Below, in pieces: positions 52,375-62,293 of a DNA stretch of 64,000 bases; the stretch's first letter is position 1; the number at the start of each line of letters is the position of its first letter. The notes beneath the pieces were generated by a model. That model did no database searches. It had not been told where the DNA came from and saw only the letters and a list, made by a program, of their open reading frames with translations. Both the position numbers and the translations under genes were made by a program. This DNA is from Campylobacterales bacterium (GTDB taxonomy: Bacteria > Campylobacterota > Campylobacteria > Campylobacterales > Sulfurimonadaceae), in NCBI GenBank assembly GCA_038205935.1, contig JBBRBK010000003.1, positions 37,742 to 101,741 on the forward strand, in the 5' to 3' direction.

Positions 52375-52599
52375 CTAACTTTTTTTTACTACGATAGTCC
52401 AGTCGACTTCGTTAAATTTCAATGAGTTTACAAGCTCACATCCTGATTCTTTTACGAGATCAGCAGAACGCTGAATCGGAGTAAAATCACCAATCTCAAA
52501 TAAAAATATCGCGACTTCTTTTGTCGGATGAGAACTTAGAAGCTCTTTCATTCTAGGTTCAAAACCATCTTTTAGATGACGTAAATCATAACGTAACAT
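52375..52599 (-). CDS. Small epsilon-type complex I subunit (NuoX, occupying the NuoE position)
   Basis: 74 aa; FEIGDF..I and NSLKFN..DWT motifs; directly after nuoD. Confidence 0.8.
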   Translation of the reverse strand: MLRYDLRHLKDGFEPRMKELLSSHPTKEVAIFLFEIGDFTPIQRSADLVKESGCELVNSLKFNEVDWTIVVKKS

Positions 52600-52610
52600 A
52601 GTGCAAATCC

Positions 52611-53849
52611 TTATCTATCTACTTCACCAAATACGATGTTCGTCGTACCGATAATTGAAACAACGTCTGGAATATAGTGTCCAGGAAGTAAGTCTGTTAA
52701 AATACCCGTGTGCCAAAAAGATGGAGCACGAAGTTTTAAACGGTATGGGTATGGACCGCCTTGTGAATTTATATAAAATCCAAGTTCACCTTTTGGTGAT
52801 TCAGTTGGGATATAAACTTCACCCACTGGAGGACGCATACCTTGAGTTACAAGCACAAAATGCTGCATCAAAGAGTAGTTTTGCGTCATAATATCTATCT
52901 TTGGAGCTGAGATATATTTTGGTGCATGTGCCATCAAATCTGTTTGATTATTTTTTATTGTTTCTTCATACATATCCGCTACTTGATAAAGAATATGAGC
53001 CGATTGTCTCATCTCTTCCATGTAGATACGGTAACGAGCAAAGTTATCACCCTTGTCAGAAACTGGAACTTTAAACTCTACTTCGCTGTAAAGCTCATAC
53101 GGTTCCTCTTTACGGATATCCCAAGCTACACCGCTCGCGCGAAGCATTGGACCCGTACATCCCCATGAAAGTGCCATCTCTTTAGAGACAACACCCACAT
53201 CTTCCATTCTCATTCTCCAGATACGGTTTGTATCTAAAAGATCTTCATAGTCTTTAATATTTGCAGGTAATTTATCTAAGAATCTTCTCATATCCACTAT
53301 AAAATTATCTGGAAGATCAAGAGGAACACCACCGATACGGATAGCCGCATGCGTCAAACGTGCTCCACAATAATCTTCAATCAAGTCCATCAAGTATTCA
53401 CGTTCACGAAATGCATATAAGAATACTGTCATAGCACCAATATCAAGTGCCGTTGTAGCTAACCAGAAAAGGTGAGACATCAATCTATTGATCTCTAAAA
53501 GTAGCATACGGATAACTTTAGCACGACGAGGTACTTCAAGACCTATGAGTTTTTCAACAGCAAGTGCAAAACCGTAGTTGTTTGAGCTTGAAGCGATATA
53601 ATCCATACGGTCAGTTGTTGGCATAAACTCATTATAAATCATATTTTCAGCCATCTTCTCCATACCACGGTGAAGATATCCTATATCTGGATGCGCTTTA
53701 GTGATCATCTCTTGTTGGAGGTGAAGCATCAAACGAAGTTGACCGTGAGCTGATGGGTGTTGCGGCCCAAAATTTAGAATCATCTCATTATCGTCACGAT
53801 CAAACGTAATATTTTCAAAAAATGGTCTTAGTCTGTTTTGATGTTGCAT
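52611..53849 (-). CDS. nuoD: NADH-quinone oxidoreductase subunit D
   Basis: [23 protein letters not shown]. Confidence 0.97.
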   Translation of the reverse strand: MQHQNRLRPFFENITFDRDDNEMILNFGPQHPSAHGQLRLMLHLQQEMITKAHPDIGYLHRGMEKMAENMIYNEFMPTTDRMDYIASSSNNYGFALAVEKLIGLEVPRRAKVIRMLLLEINRLMSHLFWLATTALDIGAMTVFLYAFREREYLMDLIEDYCGARLTHAAIRIGGVPLDLPDNFIVDMRRFLDKLPANIKDYEDLLDTNRIWRMRMEDVGVVSKEMALSWGCTGPMLRASGVAWDIRKEEPYELYSEVEFKVPVSDKGDNFARYRIYMEEMRQSAHILYQVADMYEETIKNNQTDLMAHAPKYISAPKIDIMTQNYSLMQHFVLVTQGMRPPVGEVYIPTESPKGELGFYINSQGGPYPYRLKLRAPSFWHTGILTDLLPGHYIPDVVSIIGTTNIVFGEVDR

Positions 53850-53853
53850 AAGT

Positions 53854-54660
53854 CTACCTGTTCCTATCTGTAATAATTACTGATTTTTCTTCATCAAATC
53901 TGTCAATCATAAACACGCCGCCCTCTTCTTGATAAGCAAGAGGAGTTTTAGGCTCATTTCCTGTGATTTTTGTGCCCTTAGGAACTTCATGTCCTAAACG
54001 TCCAAAACGCTCACTGTCGTAACGGTCAACACGCGCAGTATCACGGATTTCAGGCCCTATAATATCACGAGCTTCTTTGCCGTAGATTTTATCTACTTCA
54101 TACCATGCCGCAAACTCATCACCCTCAAGTGGATACGTTTTAAGGAGTGGATGACCTTCCCAGTCATATGGCATCAAGATACGTTTTAAAAATGGATGAT
54201 TATTGACTTCAATCCCAAACATATCATACATCTCACGCTCAGACCAGTCAGCTGATCGGAAAAGTTTTTCTACACTGTTGATGGCTTCGTCTTTACCTAT
54301 AAAACATTTGATACGGATACGTTTTCTTTTGCCCATTGAAAGCATCTGATAAAAGATCTCAAACTGTCCGCTTTTAGCTACCCAGTCGATTGCGCTCATC
54401 TCTGAAAGCTGAGTATAATCAAGTTCTTCTTTTACAAGTTTGATGACATCGACGTTATCTTTTGCATTGATATAAACAACCATCTGCTCAACTTGGATAT
54501 ATGCTTCAAGCACTTCAAATTTCGCTTTAATCGCTTCTAAATCAGCGGCAAAAACTTCATCACTTGAAACATCTTGCTTTGGTACTTGAGGAGAAACATA
54601 AAACCTGTCTGTATAGTACGCTTTTGCTTGTACATCATCTTTTGGTGTATAGGCTCTCAT
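53854..54660 (-). CDS. nuoC: NADH-quinone oxidoreductase subunit C
   Basis: [16 protein letters not shown]. Confidence 0.95.
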   Translation of the reverse strand: MRAYTPKDDVQAKAYYTDRFYVSPQVPKQDVSSDEVFAADLEAIKAKFEVLEAYIQVEQMVVYINAKDNVDVIKLVKEELDYTQLSEMSAIDWVAKSGQFEIFYQMLSMGKRKRIRIKCFIGKDEAINSVEKLFRSADWSEREMYDMFGIEVNNHPFLKRILMPYDWEGHPLLKTYPLEGDEFAAWYEVDKIYGKEARDIIGPEIRDTARVDRYDSERFGRLGHEVPKGTKITGNEPKTPLAYQEEGGVFMIDRFDEEKSVIITDRNR

Positions 54661-55169
54661 TACATCAACCTCTTAGTTTTTTGAGATTTAATCGCTTTCT
54701 CAGAACGAATTTTTTTCTGTAAAAGCATAACACCATACTGAAGTGTTTCAGGGCGAGGTGCACAGCCTGGAAGATATAAATCAACTGGGATAATTCTGTC
54801 AACACCTTGAACAGTTGCATATGTGTTAAACATACCGCCTGTATTTGCACATGAACCCATCGAAATAACCCATCTAGGTTCAGTCATTTGATCATATAAA
54901 CGTTTAATGAATTCAGCATGTTTCTTTGTTAAAGTTCCAGCAACGATCATAACATCTGCTTGGCGAGGAGATGCTCTAAATATCGTACCATAACGGTCAA
55001 AGTCATAACGAGATGCGCCAGAGGCCATCATCTCGATACCACAACATGCAAGACCGTAAGTGAGTGCCCAAATAGAGTTTGAACGACCCCAGTTTACAAC
55101 TTTGTCTATCGTAGTAAGAGCTACTGGAAGACCAGCATTTTGCGTATAATTTACTTTATGTTGTGCCAT
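54660..55169 (-). CDS. nuoB: NADH-quinone oxidoreductase subunit B
   Basis: [26 protein letters not shown] 55169 (MAQHK) preferred. Confidence 0.97.
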   Translation of the reverse strand: MAQHKVNYTQNAGLPVALTTIDKVVNWGRSNSIWALTYGLACCGIEMMASGASRYDFDRYGTIFRASPRQADVMIVAGTLTKKHAEFIKRLYDQMTEPRWVISMGSCANTGGMFNTYATVQGVDRIIPVDLYLPGCAPRPETLQYGVMLLQKKIRSEKAIKSQKTKRLM

Positions 55170-55540
55170 TCTAAGGCTCCTTTTTTCCATGCATATACAA
55201 AACCAATTGCAAGCAACAAGATAAACGTCAGCATCTCGACGAATCCGAACCAACCAAGATATTTAAAATCCACTGCCCAAGGGAACATGAAGACGATCTC
55301 AACATCAAAAAGTATAAAGAGTAATGCAAAAAGATAAAACTGCGGAGACAGTCTATTTGGCTGTTTTGTGATCTCAGGTCCACACTCGTAGACAGAGAGT
55401 TTTATCTTTTCCGTATCTTTTGCCGCCATCGCACGGCTTACGAGTCTTGCGATAGTCGTTGTAGAAAAAAATGCACCAAACGTGAGTGCGAATAGTACAA
55501 ATACCCCAAAATATGTATTTGCAGTGTGAATATGCTCCAT
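55151..55540 (-). CDS. nuoA: NADH-quinone oxidoreductase subunit A
   Basis: [16 protein letters not shown]. Confidence 0.96.
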   Translation of the reverse strand: MEHIHTANTYFGVFVLFALTFGAFFSTTTIARLVSRAMAAKDTEKIKLSVYECGPEITKQPNRLSPQFYLFALLFILFDVEIVFMFPWAVDFKYLGWFGFVEMLTFILLLAIGFVYAWKKGALEWHNIK

Positions 55541-55771
55541 ACATCCTACCTTCGTTTATTTTTTGTTATCAAACACTGTGAAGAGTTTACATTATATTAC
55601 GTAAAATTACACTAAAGCGTTGAAAAAACAGTTGAGTGAACTATATCAAAAAGAGTATTAAAGCAAGAGGAGTTTAGGGTAACAAGCAGTAACAGTGTCA
55701 CGAAGAGAAACACTATAATCTCAGATAAGAGTATTAAGTGTAATTTCGTAACAAATTATAGAAAAAATAAT

Positions 55772-57508
55772 TTATTTCGTTAAAAATCCGACAGATTTCT
55801 CACTATCAAAATTTCCCTCTTTTTCTTTTTGAATATGAGAGATAAAATCATCCAAACTAAAGAGTGGTTCTTGCTTGATCGCCACACTATAGGCAGTATT
55901 TTTGATAATAAGATTGATCTGTCCACCTGTTAGGGAATATGATGCAAGTTTTTCAACATCAAAATCTTTTTCATATGGTGCATCCTTTGGAAGCATTTTT
56001 TTCCATAATTCAAGACGCTGTTTCTCATTTGGTTTTTTAAACTCAATTTTATAATTAAAGCGCCTTGAAAAGGCAACATCAATATTTTCCAAGAGATTTG
56101 TCGTAGCGATTAAAATCCCTTTAAATTTTTCTATCTGCTCTAAAAAGATGTTTTGCATCTGATTGTGCATCTGTTCTGCTCCGCCACCAGGACCGCTTGA
56201 ACGCGCACTTAAAAACTGATCTGCTTCATTAAGCAGTAAAACCGGCTCAGTCTTCGTTTGCAATGTCAGTTCATAATAGGTATCAAAGATTTTACGGACA
56301 TTTTTTTCACTCTCACCGACATACATGGAAAGGATTTTTGAACAGTCAAAACTTAGCACTTGACGTTTAAGAGATTTTGCCAAAGAGTGCGCTGTCATCG
56401 TCTTTCCTGTTCCCGGAGCTCCGTAAAAAATGATGCGTGCATCAATGCCGCTTTTCTTATCTTTAATGCCCCAAGCAACAAGGCGTGCGACGACCTCTTT
56501 ATCCACTTGACGCATCAGATTGTCAAGTGTATCTCGTGTCTTTGGATGTAAAACCACATCATTCAAATTAGTCTCAGGGTCGATAAGTTCAAAAATATCT
56601 TGATCTTTTATCAGCATATCGAGTTTGAGCTTTGTCACTTTTTTCTTTTTTTGTGGATGGATGATCGATTGCAGTATCTCATCTGTGATATAAAAAGATC
56701 TTGAAATCCCGCCAAAAGGGTTCAGCATCTCTTCATAATCGATGATATCTTCTCCAATGAGTTTCGAGCCATCTTCCAAAAGTGAGCGATTTTTTATGCG
56801 GTCATAATCATCAAAAGAGATCAAATCAATAAGCGCATTCATCTCTCGAAGAGAAGTATCTGTCGCATTATATTCTTCACGAAGAAGCGCCAAAAAGATC
56901 ACTTCCTCTTTTTTCTCGAGTTTTTTTTGCTTTATGAATTTATCTAAAACAATATCTTCCGCAGTTTCTTTAATTCTCTCAGCTATTCTTGATTCAAGAA
57001 GGTTGACCTTGTTTTGAATACGGTCGATTCCAAGAGAATGTTCATGCACATTATGACGAATAGCACTCATCTTTTGATACATCTCAATTCTAAAAAACTG
57101 ATCTTGTAAGTACTCCAAATGATCTCCGTAAGGCTTCACATCTGGAAGAGAAAGTTCTAAACTTCCCTCTTCTAAAAGTCTTAAAAAAGATGAAGTAAGT
57201 CCAACTACTCCGTTTAAAAGTTCTAGATTTATCACTTCGCTGATCTTTACCGGCGTAAATGTTCGCTGATTGATCCAGCCGAGTTCCAAAAGCACTTTGA
57301 TATCTGTTAAATGGTCGAGATAAATATAATCATCTGCACCGTAAAGATCTTGTAAAACTTCCAAAACAAGCATATCTTCATTGCCTTGAAGAAACTTTTT
57401 TACTAATTGTTGGAGTATCTTAACTTCTGCTTCACTACACTTGAGTTGTGAAAAAAGCTCACTCTTGATGACATCTTCGTGCTCTATAAAATTTATTACG
57501 TTTTTCAA
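55772..57508 (-). CDS. AAA+ ATPase
   Basis: GAPGTGKT, YVGESEKN, NEAD, second region of homology RRF. Confidence 0.9.
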   Translation of the reverse strand: MKNVINFIEHEDVIKSELFSQLKCSEAEVKILQQLVKKFLQGNEDMLVLEVLQDLYGADDYIYLDHLTDIKVLLELGWINQRTFTPVKISEVINLELLNGVVGLTSSFLRLLEEGSLELSLPDVKPYGDHLEYLQDQFFRIEMYQKMSAIRHNVHEHSLGIDRIQNKVNLLESRIAERIKETAEDIVLDKFIKQKKLEKKEEVIFLALLREEYNATDTSLREMNALIDLISFDDYDRIKNRSLLEDGSKLIGEDIIDYEEMLNPFGGISRSFYITDEILQSIIHPQKKKKVTKLKLDMLIKDQDIFELIDPETNLNDVVLHPKTRDTLDNLMRQVDKEVVARLVAWGIKDKKSGIDARIIFYGAPGTGKTMTAHSLAKSLKRQVLSFDCSKILSMYVGESEKNVRKIFDTYYELTLQTKTEPVLLLNEADQFLSARSSGPGGGAEQMHNQMQNIFLEQIEKFKGILIATTNLLENIDVAFSRRFNYKIEFKKPNEKQRLELWKKMLPKDAPYEKDFDVEKLASYSLTGGQINLIIKNTAYSVAIKQEPLFSLDDFISHIQKEKEGNFDSEKSVGFLTK

Positions 57509-59091
57509 ATTTCTCCCTGTCTTATACGCTCTTTTAAAACGCGTTTAAGTACCTTTCCTGTTGCTGTTTTTGGTAAATCATCTACAAAATGAACTACTTT
57601 TGGTATCTTAAAGTTTGCCAAAGTTTGCTTCAAATCACTTTTGACTTTTGCCTGTGTGATGTTTATTCTATCGACATCTTCTACAAGTTCTATAAATGCT
57701 ACTGGAATTTCACCGCTGTTTATATCTGGTTTAGAAACCACTGCGCAAAGTTTAACATAAGAAAGTTTCATTAGCTCTTCTTCTATCTGTCGTGGATAGA
57801 TATTTATCCCTTTTGAGATAATGAGATCTTTAATACGATCTACGATGTACACAAAACCATCTTCATCCATCTTTCCCAGATCGCCTGTTTTAAGCCAGCC
57901 GTTGATGATTGTCTCGTCAGTAGCTTGTGGATTGTTCAGATATCCTTGCATCACACAATCTCCATAGACTATGATCTCTCCCACATCTCCATAAGGAACT
58001 TCGACCATCTCATGATCTACGATTTTCACTTCATATCCGGGGATTGCGCGTCCCACAGAGTAGATTCTTTGCGCCGTTATGGAGTTTACACACACCGCAG
58101 GTGAGCACTCGCTCAGACCATATCCCTCTAGCATTTTTGCACGTTTGAATACTTTTGTATATCTGTTTAACGTTTCTTCGCTCAAAGCCGAAGCACCTGA
58201 GATAAATACTCTTATCGAATTAAACCACAAAAAGTACCATGGTAGTTTTGCCCGAATAAGTGCATTATAAATATCAGGAACACCTAAAAATATCGTGACA
58301 CGCTTGAGCAATGTCTGCTTGATGATATTGCTAAATGGTAAAAGCTTTCTAATGATAACAATGGATGCATCTGCGAAAACAGGCAAGATCATCATCACAG
58401 TAAACGTAAAAGCATGAAACATCGGAAGATACAAAATAAATCTATCTTTTTGGCGTATATCAAAAATCTCCATGACTCCTACGAGATTTGAGAAGATATT
58501 TCTGTAACTAAGCATCGCACCTTTAGGATGTCCAGTTGTTCCAGAAGTATAAAATATGACGGCAAGATCATCAAGGTCTCGGCTTACCCCCACAGGGCAC
58601 TTCGCATGTAAAGTACTCTGCGGGTTTAAAGTGCTGTGTTCTTTTTCAAGATAAAGCAGATTATTGTTATCTTGTGAGGGAACTTCATCTATCCAGATAG
58701 TTTTTTCTACTTTTGTATGAGCACCCATATTCTGTGTTTCATTTGCAAAATCTATAGAAGTAATAAGTATTTTTGCTTCACAGTCACCTAAAACATAGGA
58801 AATTTCATCCCGTTTTAACATATTATTTATCGGGACGACGACTCCGCCGAGTTTGCCTATGGCAAAAACAGCGATCAAAAATTCCAATGAATTGGGTAAA
58901 ATCAGTGCTGCTTTTTCGTTTTCTTTAAGTCCGCAAAGCTCTAAAAATCTTGCAAAAGAATCAATCTTTTCCAATAACTCTTTATTGCTTACTTTCTCAT
59001 TATCAATAAAAACAACTTTTTTCTTTGGATTGGAAGCGGCATTTGCCACTGCCATTTCATAGAAATTTTTATATGGATAATTTAAAGCCAT
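57505..59091 (-). CDS. Long-chain fatty acid--CoA ligase
   Basis: YTSGTTGHPKG, EGYGLSE, TGDLG, PKTATGK. Confidence 0.92.
   Translation of the reverse strand: MALNYPYKNFYEMAVANAASNPKKKVVFIDNEKVSNKELLEKIDSFARFLELCGLKENEKAALILPNSLEFLIAVFAIGKLGGVVVPINNMLKRDEISYVLGDCEAKILITSIDFANETQNMGAHTKVEKTIWIDEVPSQDNNNLLYLEKEHSTLNPQSTLHAKCPVGVSRDLDDLAVIFYTSGTTGHPKGAMLSYRNIFSNLVGVMEIFDIRQKDRFILYLPMFHAFTFTVMMILPVFADASIVIIRKLLPFSNIIKQTLLKRVTIFLGVPDIYNALIRAKLPWYFLWFNSIRVFISGASALSEETLNRYTKVFKRAKMLEGYGLSECSPAVCVNSITAQRIYSVGRAIPGYEVKIVDHEMVEVPYGDVGEIIVYGDCVMQGYLNNPQATDETIINGWLKTGDLGKMDEDGFVYIVDRIKDLIISKGINIYPRQIEEELMKLSYVKLCAVVSKPDINSGEIPVAFIELVEDVDRINITQAKVKSDLKQTLANFKIPKVVHFVDDLPKTATGKVLKRVLKERIRQGEI
58583..58631 (-). 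mobile_element. 18-bp mini-element (copy 4) in frame in the CoA ligase, with a probable second degenerate copy on the opposite strand
   Basis: CTTAC[CCCCACAGGGCACTTCGC]AT[GTAAAGTACTCTGCGGGT]TTAAAG. Confidence 0.7.
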
Positions 59092-59501
59092 TAAAATTTG
59101 TATTCCGTTCCAAGACTTACAAGGTATGCGCGAGAATTTGTAAACTCTCCATTTAATGTACTGTTTGCCACAGCTCTATCATCTTTGAAAGAAACATAAT
59201 GAAGCGTCGGAACTATAAAGTTTTCAGTTTTTGAACTTGTGTCTGTTGGCGTTGTTCCAGTTGTTCCTTTAAAATCCATCGCCGAAAGCCCAATATAAGT
59301 CAAATCGACTTCTATCGCTCCGCTTTTGTTCTCGCTAAAAACCATATTTGCAGGATTGTAGTACGATGCATCTGCACCGTTTGCGTTTGCTACATAGGCA
59401 TTTGAAAGTGCCACTGCGTTGAGTGAGCTTTCAGGTATTTTGTATCCACCTGCCATCACAGCAGTGGTTCCAACCAACAAGAATAAAGCTATGTTTTTCA
59501 T
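59091..59501 (-). pseudogene. fadL: Internally deleted FadL/OmpP1-family outer-membrane transporter
   Basis: Signal peptide, hatch with YYNPA and barrel C-terminus YKF, but only 136 aa. Confidence 0.7.
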
Positions 59502-59553
59502 TTATATATCTTCCCCAAGATTTTCATTTCCAAGCATTCTATATAAAAAAAAC

Positions 59554-60396
59554 TTAATCTACAAAAGAATACAAAAGCTTAATCTCATCCGCCCAGATGG
59601 TCTCATCTATCGTTTCTAGTATAAGTGGAATATCATCCATGCGCTCATCATTCATGATAAATCTAAAAGCATCAAGCCCGATTTTTCCCTTTCCAAGAGA
59701 TTCATGACGGTCTACATGTGAGCCAAGATCTGGCTTGGAATCATTGATATGCATCCCTTTAAGATACCCAAATCCCACGATATTTTCAAACTGCGCCATA
59801 GTGATATCATAAGCCTCGCGCGTTCTTATGTCGTATCCTGCGGTAAACATATGACAAGTATCGATGCACACGCCCACACGGCTTTTATCTTCAACTTTAT
59901 CGATGATCTGCGCTAGATGTTCAAACTTCCAGCCAAGATTGCTTCCCTGTCCTGCGGTGTTTTCAAGGACAAGTGTAACACCTGAAGTTTTATCCAGCGT
60001 GATATTCATAGCCTCAGAAATGCGCGCCATACACTCATCTTCGCTGATCTGCTTGAGATGACTTCCCGGATGAAAATTGAGTCTGTCAAGTCCTAAAAGG
60101 GAACATCTTTGTACCTCATCTAAAAAAGCTTCCATCGATTTTTCACGTTTTTCATCTTCAGGATGTCCCAGATTTATGAGATATGAATCGTGCGGTAACA
60201 CATGACGAGGCAAAATTCCGCTACCATGTAAGGCTTCTTTAAAGCTATCAATCGTTTTCGTATCAAGCGGCTTTGCGTCCCATCTTTTTTGATTTTTTGT
60301 AAAGAGGGCAAATGCTTTTGCTCCGATACTTTGTGCATTAAGAACAGCATTTGTAACCCCGCCGCTCGCAGATGTATGTGCGCCTACATATTTCAT
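59554..60396 (-). CDS. nfo: Endonuclease IV
   Basis: [25 protein letters not shown]. Confidence 0.96.
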   Translation of the reverse strand: MKYVGAHTSASGGVTNAVLNAQSIGAKAFALFTKNQKRWDAKPLDTKTIDSFKEALHGSGILPRHVLPHDSYLINLGHPEDEKREKSMEAFLDEVQRCSLLGLDRLNFHPGSHLKQISEDECMARISEAMNITLDKTSGVTLVLENTAGQGSNLGWKFEHLAQIIDKVEDKSRVGVCIDTCHMFTAGYDIRTREAYDITMAQFENIVGFGYLKGMHINDSKPDLGSHVDRHESLGKGKIGLDAFRFIMNDERMDDIPLILETIDETIWADEIKLLYSFVD

Positions 60397-60425
60397 AATA
60401 TTCCTTTATATTTTTAACTTGAAAA

Positions 60426-60911
60426 TTATTTTGACGGAGAGGAGATTTTCAATAAAATACCATTTTTACTGTCTTTAAATCTGATGCTCTGATGATTGAC
60501 TTCATAGTCAATATTGACATCCTCATCTTTGATCTTTTGCCCAAATCCGTCATACATTTTTTTTAGATTTTTTCCATCATAGATAGGATGTCCGAGGATC
60601 ACATTTTCTAAAATATCTGAGGGATAATTGCTATTGAGATATTTCTTATTAAACACACTTTTAAGCATACAGCCATCATCAACACAAATGAAATTATTTA
60701 TCTCTATGCTTTTGACAACATTTCCCATCTCATAAAGCTCGATTTTGAGCGAATTTCCGTGACCTCGGATATATCCAAGATCGCCGTATTTGATCTGCGG
60801 AGATTTTATCACGATGATCTTTGACTCATTCATCTCGTAGTTTTTAACACTACATCCGCTAAAAAGAAAAATCGCTGAGAGAAGAAGAGTAAATAGTATG
60901 TTTTTCATCAT
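60426..60911 (-). CDS. Putative lipoprotein
   Basis: Lipobox LFSGC. Confidence 0.7.
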   Translation of the reverse strand: MMKNILFTLLLSAIFLFSGCSVKNYEMNESKIIVIKSPQIKYGDLGYIRGHGNSLKIELYEMGNVVKSIEINNFICVDDGCMLKSVFNKKYLNSNYPSDILENVILGHPIYDGKNLKKMYDGFGQKIKDEDVNIDYEVNHQSIRFKDSKNGILLKISSPSK

Positions 60912-61927
60912 TAACCCATTGGATAAAGTATTTCACTGTGTACTTTATCGCATGCTTTTAAAACCTCATCACTCAAAACAAGATCCATCGCAGCTAAACT
61001 TGCATCGAGTTGTTGTGACGAAGTTGCACCGATAATCGTCGAAGCCACAAAATCAAACTGTTTCGTCCATGCAATGGCCATGGTGACGGGATCAAGTCCT
61101 GCATCTGCGGCGATTTTGAGATATTTTTGTGTGGAAGCCAAAGTTCTATCATTCATAAATCTTTGCGCCATCAGTCGATTACGAGGATTTGTAGAGTGGA
61201 CATACTCAAAAAATCTTCCCTCTGCGTTTTGTGCTTGATTGTACTTTCCGCTTAAAACTCCACCTGCAAGTGGAGAATATGGAAGAAGTGAGATCTTCTC
61301 AGCACGTGCGAGAGTAGAAAGCTCATCCAAAAATCTTCTGTTTAAAAGTGAGAAGTTGTTTTGGATCGATTCAAAACGGGAAAGTTTCTCATGTTTTGAA
61401 CTCATCAAAGCTTTACATGTACCGTATGCCGTGTCGTTAGAAGTGCCTATGTAGCGTACTTTTCCACTTTGCACAAGTGAGTCAAAAGCACGAAGAGATT
61501 CTTCAATAGGCACAATAGTATCGGGCCAGTGCATCTGATACAAATCGATATAGTCCGTGCCAAGACGCTTTAGTGAGCCTTCAATAGCACGCTCGATATG
61601 AAATCTGTCGATGGCTGTGAGTCCATGGCGGATAGGCGGAACAAACCAGCCGTTTGCAGCACCAGCGACTTTCGAAGCTAAGATGATGCTATCGCGCGGT
61701 TTGGTTTTTAGCCAACGTCCTACCATCTCTTCGGTGATACCGCTACTCTCTTTTGTAGGCGGTACAGGATAAAGCTCCGCCGTGTCGTAAAAGTTTACGC
61801 CCGCATCATACGCTTTGTCCAAGATCTTAAAAGCTTCTTTTTCATCGCATTGCGAGCCAAAAGTCATAGTTCCCATACAGATAGGACTCACACGAAGCCC
61901 CGTTTTACCGATGTATCTATAGTTCAT
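60911..61927 (-). CDS. Aldo/keto reductase (Tas-like)
   Basis: GTMTFG, DTAELY, DYIDLYQMHWP, YSPLAGG. Confidence 0.92.
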   Translation of the reverse strand: MNYRYIGKTGLRVSPICMGTMTFGSQCDEKEAFKILDKAYDAGVNFYDTAELYPVPPTKESSGITEEMVGRWLKTKPRDSIILASKVAGAANGWFVPPIRHGLTAIDRFHIERAIEGSLKRLGTDYIDLYQMHWPDTIVPIEESLRAFDSLVQSGKVRYIGTSNDTAYGTCKALMSSKHEKLSRFESIQNNFSLLNRRFLDELSTLARAEKISLLPYSPLAGGVLSGKYNQAQNAEGRFFEYVHSTNPRNRLMAQRFMNDRTLASTQKYLKIAADAGLDPVTMAIAWTKQFDFVASTIIGATSSQQLDASLAAMDLVLSDEVLKACDKVHSEILYPMG

Positions 61928-62293
61928 TTCACATCTTTTTAGTTGATATTTTTCGTGATTATATCGATATTTTTTTGTTTAATAGCAAAATATAAAAATA
62001 TACTTTATGTAAAAAAGTTTCCCATAAAAGTAATCAAATATCTATAGAAATTGAGTTTAGTATTGAAAAACTCTTTATGTTATGTAAGCCCTTCTTTTAA
62101 AAACATTTTGATATAATCAATCTAGTAAAATTCACATAAATCTCAGTCTTGACGATATTACAAAACTTTATAACTTATAAAGTTAACCTTTTGTAAAGCT
62201 AGGTTGAGAGTATAATTAGAAAAGGTAAAGATTAAAAAACTGTTGAGCCCTAATTTTTGGTGCTTTTTTATTTTAACTTTAAAGGGGTGTGTT

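Noticed and set aside
55170..55253. Extended NuoB N-terminus
   Set aside because: It overlaps nuoA; ATG 55169 follows a GGAG RBS.
61930..62290. Riboswitch or ncRNA upstream of the surface-protein gene
   Set aside because: AT-rich promoter-like DNA; no recognisable aptamer motif or strong stems.
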